64,000 bases of DNA from Candidatus Moraniibacteriota bacterium (GTDB taxonomy: Bacteria; Patescibacteriota; Minisyncoccia; Moranbacterales; UBA1568), in contig JBPOIA010000002.1 in the NCBI GenBank assembly GCA_052034975.1, positions 3,461 through 67,460 on the forward strand, written 5' to 3'. Shown here in pieces: positions 59,601 through 64,000 of the stretch. The notes beneath the pieces are model-generated. The model was not told where the DNA came from, ran no database searches, and worked only from the letters and a program-made list of their open reading frames with translations. Position numbers and translations under genes: made by a program. Position 1 is the first letter of the stretch. Each line of letters opens with the position of its first letter.

Positions 59601-59683
59601 TGTAAGGTTGTTTCACAGTCGGAAATCGAAAAGTTCCACGATTATGAAACACGTTTTTGCAACTTAAAAAAAGGAGTCATAGA

Positions 59684-60088
59684 ATGAAAGAAAAGGTTTC
59701 ATCCGTTTCACTGGGTGTGAAAACCGAAAACGGTCTCCACTTTCTCTCGATTGCTCTTTCGGAAGGGCCAACCAACCAAGAAGTACAGCAGATCGCGAAT
59801 CTGCTGCAAAAATACTTCGAAGAAGGCGGGCCGTTTCTGATAAGGGAATTCGTGAGGAACGAGATCCAGATCACGCCTTCACTGCGTTCGCGGGAATACT
59901 TCGAAACCCTCGGGAGCGCCGTATACGAGTACCATCAGGTGCTCCGCGTCCTCGGGCTCGCAGGCTTCACCATCACCGTCGACGGCGACATCCTGCCGTT
60001 CGATGACCGGGATCCGCGCCCGGTGGAAGAAATCGCCCGCGAAAACCGCGCGGCGTTCGACACGTGGCGCGGACACGTGCGTCAATAA
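59684..60088 (+). CDS. hypothetical protein
   Basis: AAGGAG SD, consensus promoter, terminator hairpin at ~60103-60140. Confidence 0.65.
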   Translation: MKEKVSSVSLGVKTENGLHFLSIALSEGPTNQEVQQIANLLQKYFEEGGPFLIREFVRNEIQITPSLRSREYFETLGSAVYEYHQVLRVLGLAGFTITVDGDILPFDDRDPRPVEEIARENRAAFDTWRGHVRQ

Positions 60089-60231
60089 CCTTCTCTCAAC
60101 AAGCTCCCCCGAGACAGCGCTCTCTGGGGAGTTTTTCTTTGCTCCATAACCGTTCCAAAACCATTGACACCAAAAAGTTTTTCTGTTTGAATCTATGAGT
60201 AGTTTTTTAATAACTAGTGTAGGAGAACCGA

Positions 60232-60684
60232 GTGAGAACCGACACCTTCTCAGTGCGCAGTCGGATCATCAATCCGGCGGCATATCCGCTGTACGCTGAA
60301 TCCTTTACCGCCTATACGGACAAGGATCGGCCGCTATTCGTCGTCGAGATGAGCCGCAAGCCGACTCTCAAGGAACGCGTGAACTTCATCAACGTTTCAG
60401 CCAATTACTGGCGAAATCAGCACAACACAACCGGGATAATCTTCAAGCATTTCTTCCTGGAAACCGTCCTCGTGCTCGGTCCGACATACAAGAACGGCAT
60501 ACCGAGAAAAACTTTTCCGCCGAAGCAGGCACTTTCCGAATTGGCGCAAGGACTCGTGTTCCGGGGCGGCATCTCACTCTCCCGCGCGCGTATCGCAAAC
60601 GGGAACATCTGCCGCTATCGGGAATTCTCACTCTCTTGGCCGGGACTCATTCCGGTCGAAATCCTGATCCCAAACGGCTCTTAG
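60232..60684 (+). CDS. hypothetical protein
   Basis: AGGAG SD before GTG; 150-aa ORF in an otherwise empty interval. Confidence 0.55.
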   Translation: MRTDTFSVRSRIINPAAYPLYAESFTAYTDKDRPLFVVEMSRKPTLKERVNFINVSANYWRNQHNTTGIIFKHFFLETVLVLGPTYKNGIPRKTFPPKQALSELAQGLVFRGGISLSRARIANGNICRYREFSLSWPGLIPVEILIPNGS

Positions 60685-60852
60685 TCTCTGAGCTCCGCTT
60701 TCGCCCGCCTGCTCCGCTTTTTTTTCATCCTTTTGCAAGAGTGGAGGAAACCGAGGCTGGCACACCCCTCTTCCGTAATATCGGACGGGGGGTTCTTTTT
60801 TCCTGGCGGCGGATTTCCTATATGCTGGTATACTGGAAACATATTTACGCCT

Positions 60853-62937
60853 ATGCTCCTGTTCGACACGCCGCTTGCCGATATCGCGGCCATCAAGAAA
60901 CCGGCGCTCGCAAAGCTTGCGCGACTGGGGATATTCTCCGTCCGCGACCTTTTCTATCATTTCCCCCACCGCTACGAGGATTTTTCCGCAATCCGACCGA
61001 TCAATTCGCTCCTCGCCGACGAGAAATGCACCGTGGCGGGGACGGTGCTTTCGGTCAAGACTGGTCGCTCGTGGAAAAAGAAGATGCTCCTGACCGACGC
61101 TTTGATCGAGGACGCGACTGGTCGCCTCCGCCTCTTGTGGTTCAACCAACGGTTCATCGGCAATATGCTTCGAACCGGTCTGCCGATACGCGCAAGCGGC
61201 AAGGTGGTAAGCGACCGCGAAGGACTCCTGATGCAGAATCCGGCGGTCGAACGTTCCACGCGCGATGCCACCCATACGGCACGACTCGTGCCAATCTATC
61301 CGGAAACCAGTGGCCTCACGTCCAAATTCTTCCGCTGGCAAATCGCCACGCTCTTCAAAAATCTGAAAGACATTCCCGATCCGGTACCGGAAAATATTCT
61401 GAAACGTCTCTCGCTTCCCTCGCTTCGAACAGCGATCGGCTTCATCCATTTCCCAAAAAACGATCGGCAGACACTCCTCGCCCGCAAGCGGTTCGCATTC
61501 GACGAAATGCTCTTCGTCCAACTGAAAGCGCTCCAAGTGAAAGCCCTGTTCGAAGCCGGACGAGCGACCGTTCTGCCTTTTGACGAAACGACCCTCAAAC
61601 GATTCCTCGCGACGTTCCCATTCACGCTCACTGACGCGCAGCGCAAGGCAGGGTACGAAATCTTGCGCGATATGACACGAACACGGCCGATGAACCGACT
61701 CTTAAATGGCGATGTGGGGAGCGGTAAGACGGCCGTCGCCGCGCTCGCCGCTTTCGTCGCAGCAGAACAGGGCGCCCAAACCGCGATTCTCGCCCCAACC
61801 GAAGTCTTGGCTCAACAACATTTCGAAACTCTCTCAAAACTCTTCACCGGCACCGCGCACGGCGTCACGCTTTTCACCGGAAGCTACCGTATCCTCGATG
61901 GAAAAACCGTTACACGCACCACGCTTCTCAAAGCGATCGAGGCTGGTATCCCGCGCATCATCGTCGGCACGCACGCGCTCCTCCAAGATGATGTCTCGTT
62001 CGATCGTCTCGCTCTTATCGTCGTCGACGAACAGCACCGCTTCGGCGTCGCCCAGCGCGCAAAATTGCAGGAAGCGGGTTTCGGAAGCAAAGACAAGACT
62101 CCGGCCGCCGTGCCGCACTTCCTGACAATGACCGCCACGCCCATTCCCCGCACCCTTACACTGGCTTTTTTCGGCAATCTCGACCTCTCACTTCTCAACG
62201 AAATGCCGAAAAGCAGGAAGCCGATCATCACCAAAATCGCCCGCACCGAACGCGATCGCGAACGTATCTATACCTTTATCCGAAGCGAAATCGGGAAGGG
62301 CCGCCAAGCGTTCATCGTTTTTCCGCTGGTCGAAACATCGCTTGCGCTCAAAGATGTGAAAGCTGCCGTCGCCGAACACAAACATTTGGAAGAAACTATT
62401 TTCCCGGGACTCCGTGTCGGACTCATCCACGGAAAAATGAAGTCGCAGGAAAAAGAACGAACAATGGAAGATTTCAAAAAGAAGAACTACGATATCCTCG
62501 TCGCCACCGCCGTCGTGGAAGTCGGTATCGACGTGCCGAACGCGTCGATCATCCTCATCGAAGACGCCGAGCGTTTCGGGCTCGCCCAGCTTCACCAGTT
62601 CCGCGGACGCGTGGGCCGGGGCGAACATCAGTCGTACTGTTTTCTGATGCCTGGGAAAAATTCCAGCGATAACGAACGTCTCCGTGTGCTGGAAAAAAGC
62701 ACCGACGGTTTCGCTATCGCCGAAGCCGATCTCGGCATCCGCGGACCGGGAGCGTTCTTCGGCACGCGCCAGTCCGGTCTCCCCGACATCGCGATGGAAA
62801 ACCTCACCAATATGAAACTTTTGAAAATCTCGCGCGAAGAAGCGCTTGGCATCCTCCGGGCTGATCCTTCGCTCAAACGACACCCTCTCCTCAAACACGC
62901 CCTCACGCGTTTCGAAGAACGGATTCACTTGGAATAA
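60853..62937 (+). CDS. recG: ATP-dependent DNA helicase RecG
   Basis: FPHRYED, MNRLLNGDVGSGKT, DEQHRFGV, MTATPIPRTL, QFRGRVGRG; start at ATG 60853. Confidence 0.96.
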   Translation: MLLFDTPLADIAAIKKPALAKLARLGIFSVRDLFYHFPHRYEDFSAIRPINSLLADEKCTVAGTVLSVKTGRSWKKKMLLTDALIEDATGRLRLLWFNQRFIGNMLRTGLPIRASGKVVSDREGLLMQNPAVERSTRDATHTARLVPIYPETSGLTSKFFRWQIATLFKNLKDIPDPVPENILKRLSLPSLRTAIGFIHFPKNDRQTLLARKRFAFDEMLFVQLKALQVKALFEAGRATVLPFDETTLKRFLATFPFTLTDAQRKAGYEILRDMTRTRPMNRLLNGDVGSGKTAVAALAAFVAAEQGAQTAILAPTEVLAQQHFETLSKLFTGTAHGVTLFTGSYRILDGKTVTRTTLLKAIEAGIPRIIVGTHALLQDDVSFDRLALIVVDEQHRFGVAQRAKLQEAGFGSKDKTPAAVPHFLTMTATPIPRTLTLAFFGNLDLSLLNEMPKSRKPIITKIARTERDRERIYTFIRSEIGKGRQAFIVFPLVETSLALKDVKAAVAEHKHLEETIFPGLRVGLIHGKMKSQEKERTMEDFKKKNYDILVATAVVEVGIDVPNASIILIEDAERFGLAQLHQFRGRVGRGEHQSYCFLMPGKNSSDNERLRVLEKSTDGFAIAEADLGIRGPGAFFGTRQSGLPDIAMENLTNMKLLKISREEALGILRADPSLKRHPLLKHALTRFEERIHLE

Positions 62938-63057
62938 CGGGTGTTTTGACCCCAGGGCAAGCCCTGGACCCAATCCCTCCGCGGCAAGCCGCGGGGTATT
63001 GGACCCGATTTTACCGACGCTCCGCTCGGAAACGAAAGTAAACTTTCGTTTCACTCG
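62938..63057. repeat. cluster of GC-rich palindromes (REP or IS200/IS605-end-like)
   Basis: CCAGGG-CAAG-CCCTGG, CCGCGG-CAAG-CCGCGG, GAAACGAAAG-TAAA-CTTTCGTTTC. Confidence 0.65.
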
Positions 63058-63600
63058 CTACACTTGGTAATAAGCAGCGAGCGTAAACCGCCAAAGGTAT
63101 TCTTTGCAATGCTTGGCGTAGTCGATACCGATGCGCTTCCCTGCCACGATATGTTTTGGATCTCTTTTCCCACCGCGCTCGATCCAAAGTTTCTCACCGT
63201 GCGTCATATCCCATCCATTGAGTTCTCTCTCTATTTCCAAAAATCGGCACAGCTTGCCAGGACCATTTGTTTTTTTGTGTGGTACGTTTTCGATCTCCAC
63301 CGCACGGATAAGCACCGCTGCGGGAAAACCCTTTTTCTCCGTCACGACATTGAGACAGTGATACATCCCGTAGATCATATAGACGTACGCGTGTCCCGCC
63401 TCGCCGTACATCGTTTCCGTCCGTTTCGTGCGCCCCTTGCTCGCATGGCAGGCCAAATCATCTTCGCCGATATATGCTTCCGTCTCGATGATTCTTGCCC
63501 GAATAATTTTCCGCCCGATTTTCCGCACGAGAAAACAACCAAGCAACCGCTTCGCGACCTCAATCGTATCTTTTCGATAAAAAACTCTCGATAAAAACAT
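63058..63600 (-). CDS. mpg: 3-methyladenine DNA glycosylase (MPG/Aag)
   Basis: IIETEAY, DLACHA, YVYMIYGMYHCLN, AVLIRA, GPGKL, RIGI, WRF. Confidence 0.95.
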   Translation of the reverse strand: MFLSRVFYRKDTIEVAKRLLGCFLVRKIGRKIIRARIIETEAYIGEDDLACHASKGRTKRTETMYGEAGHAYVYMIYGMYHCLNVVTEKKGFPAAVLIRAVEIENVPHKKTNGPGKLCRFLEIERELNGWDMTHGEKLWIERGGKRDPKHIVAGKRIGIDYAKHCKEYLWRFTLAAYYQV

Positions 63601-63698
63601 ATTTTGACAGATCTTTTGCTTTTCTGCTATTACAGAGAAGCAGTTCTTTTTTACAATTCTCCAAGGAGAAACATACGATGAAAAAACTCCGTGCCAGT

Positions 63699-63998
63699 TC
63701 ACTCAGTCTGTTTTTCCGGATATACTTCGCGCTGTACAGCTCCCATATCGGCACGAGAGTCCGCCTCTCCTGGCATCGGCTCTATGTCAGGAAAGACGAG
63801 TTCCATCCGTCTCTCCACATAGACATCTTCTCCTTCAAAGTCGAAGATTCCGGAACGTATATGGACGATCTCCTGCGGCGGCGAGACATCGCTCATCGCC
63901 GCGACGCCGGCGAAGAAGTCTTCCCGTACTCCCTCTTCGACGCTATCGTCTTTTCTCTCAGCAAGAGAAGCGTCCGAACATTCAACGAACAGCTCCGT
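63699..63998 (-). CDS. hypothetical acidic protein, 5' part outside the window
   Basis: Frame open from the window edge (TELFVECSD...) to the stop at 63699. Confidence 0.5.
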   Translation of the reverse strand, partial: TELFVECSDASLAERKDDSVEEGVREDFFAGVAAMSDVSPPQEIVHIRSGIFDFEGEDVYVERRMELVFPDIEPMPGEADSRADMGAVQREVYPEKQTE

Positions 63999-64000
63999 CT

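Overview
This looks like a chromosomal segment of a reduced-genome bacterium. Gene content and protein style point to Patescibacteria/CPR (Parcubacteria-like), which is an inference. Core genes include dnaX, dnaE, ligA, recG, rnhB, rnc, nusB, nusG, secE, rplK/A, rplJ/L, rpsP, rpmF, gatCA and gatB, miaA, clpC, mpg, a short smc, and a thymidylate cluster (dcd, thyA, folA, a kinase, tmk, dut). A type IV pilus locus (pilM/N/O/B/T/C, two major pilins, pilD, three minor pilins) lies next to comF. There are five tRNAs: Gln-TTG, Ser-GCT, Arg-CCG, Arg-GCG and Ser-TGA. Accessory material includes a putative acyl/lipid-handling cluster after tRNA-Gln, and an AT-rich decayed restriction island beside tRNA-Ser(GCT) with a free-standing LAGLIDADG gene on the other side. 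The most unusual signals are: (1) a 121-bp MITE inserted exactly at the rplJ start codon, duplicating it; (2) an 18-nt duplication of the tRNA-Ser(TGA) 5' end bracketing a structured insert; (3) an SMC with no recognisable hinge; (4) a membrane sensor that ends in a His-less coiled coil with no output domain; and (5) heptamer-periodic stem-loops at gene boundaries and in frame within ligA and miaA. All calls come from reading motifs by eye; no database searches were run.
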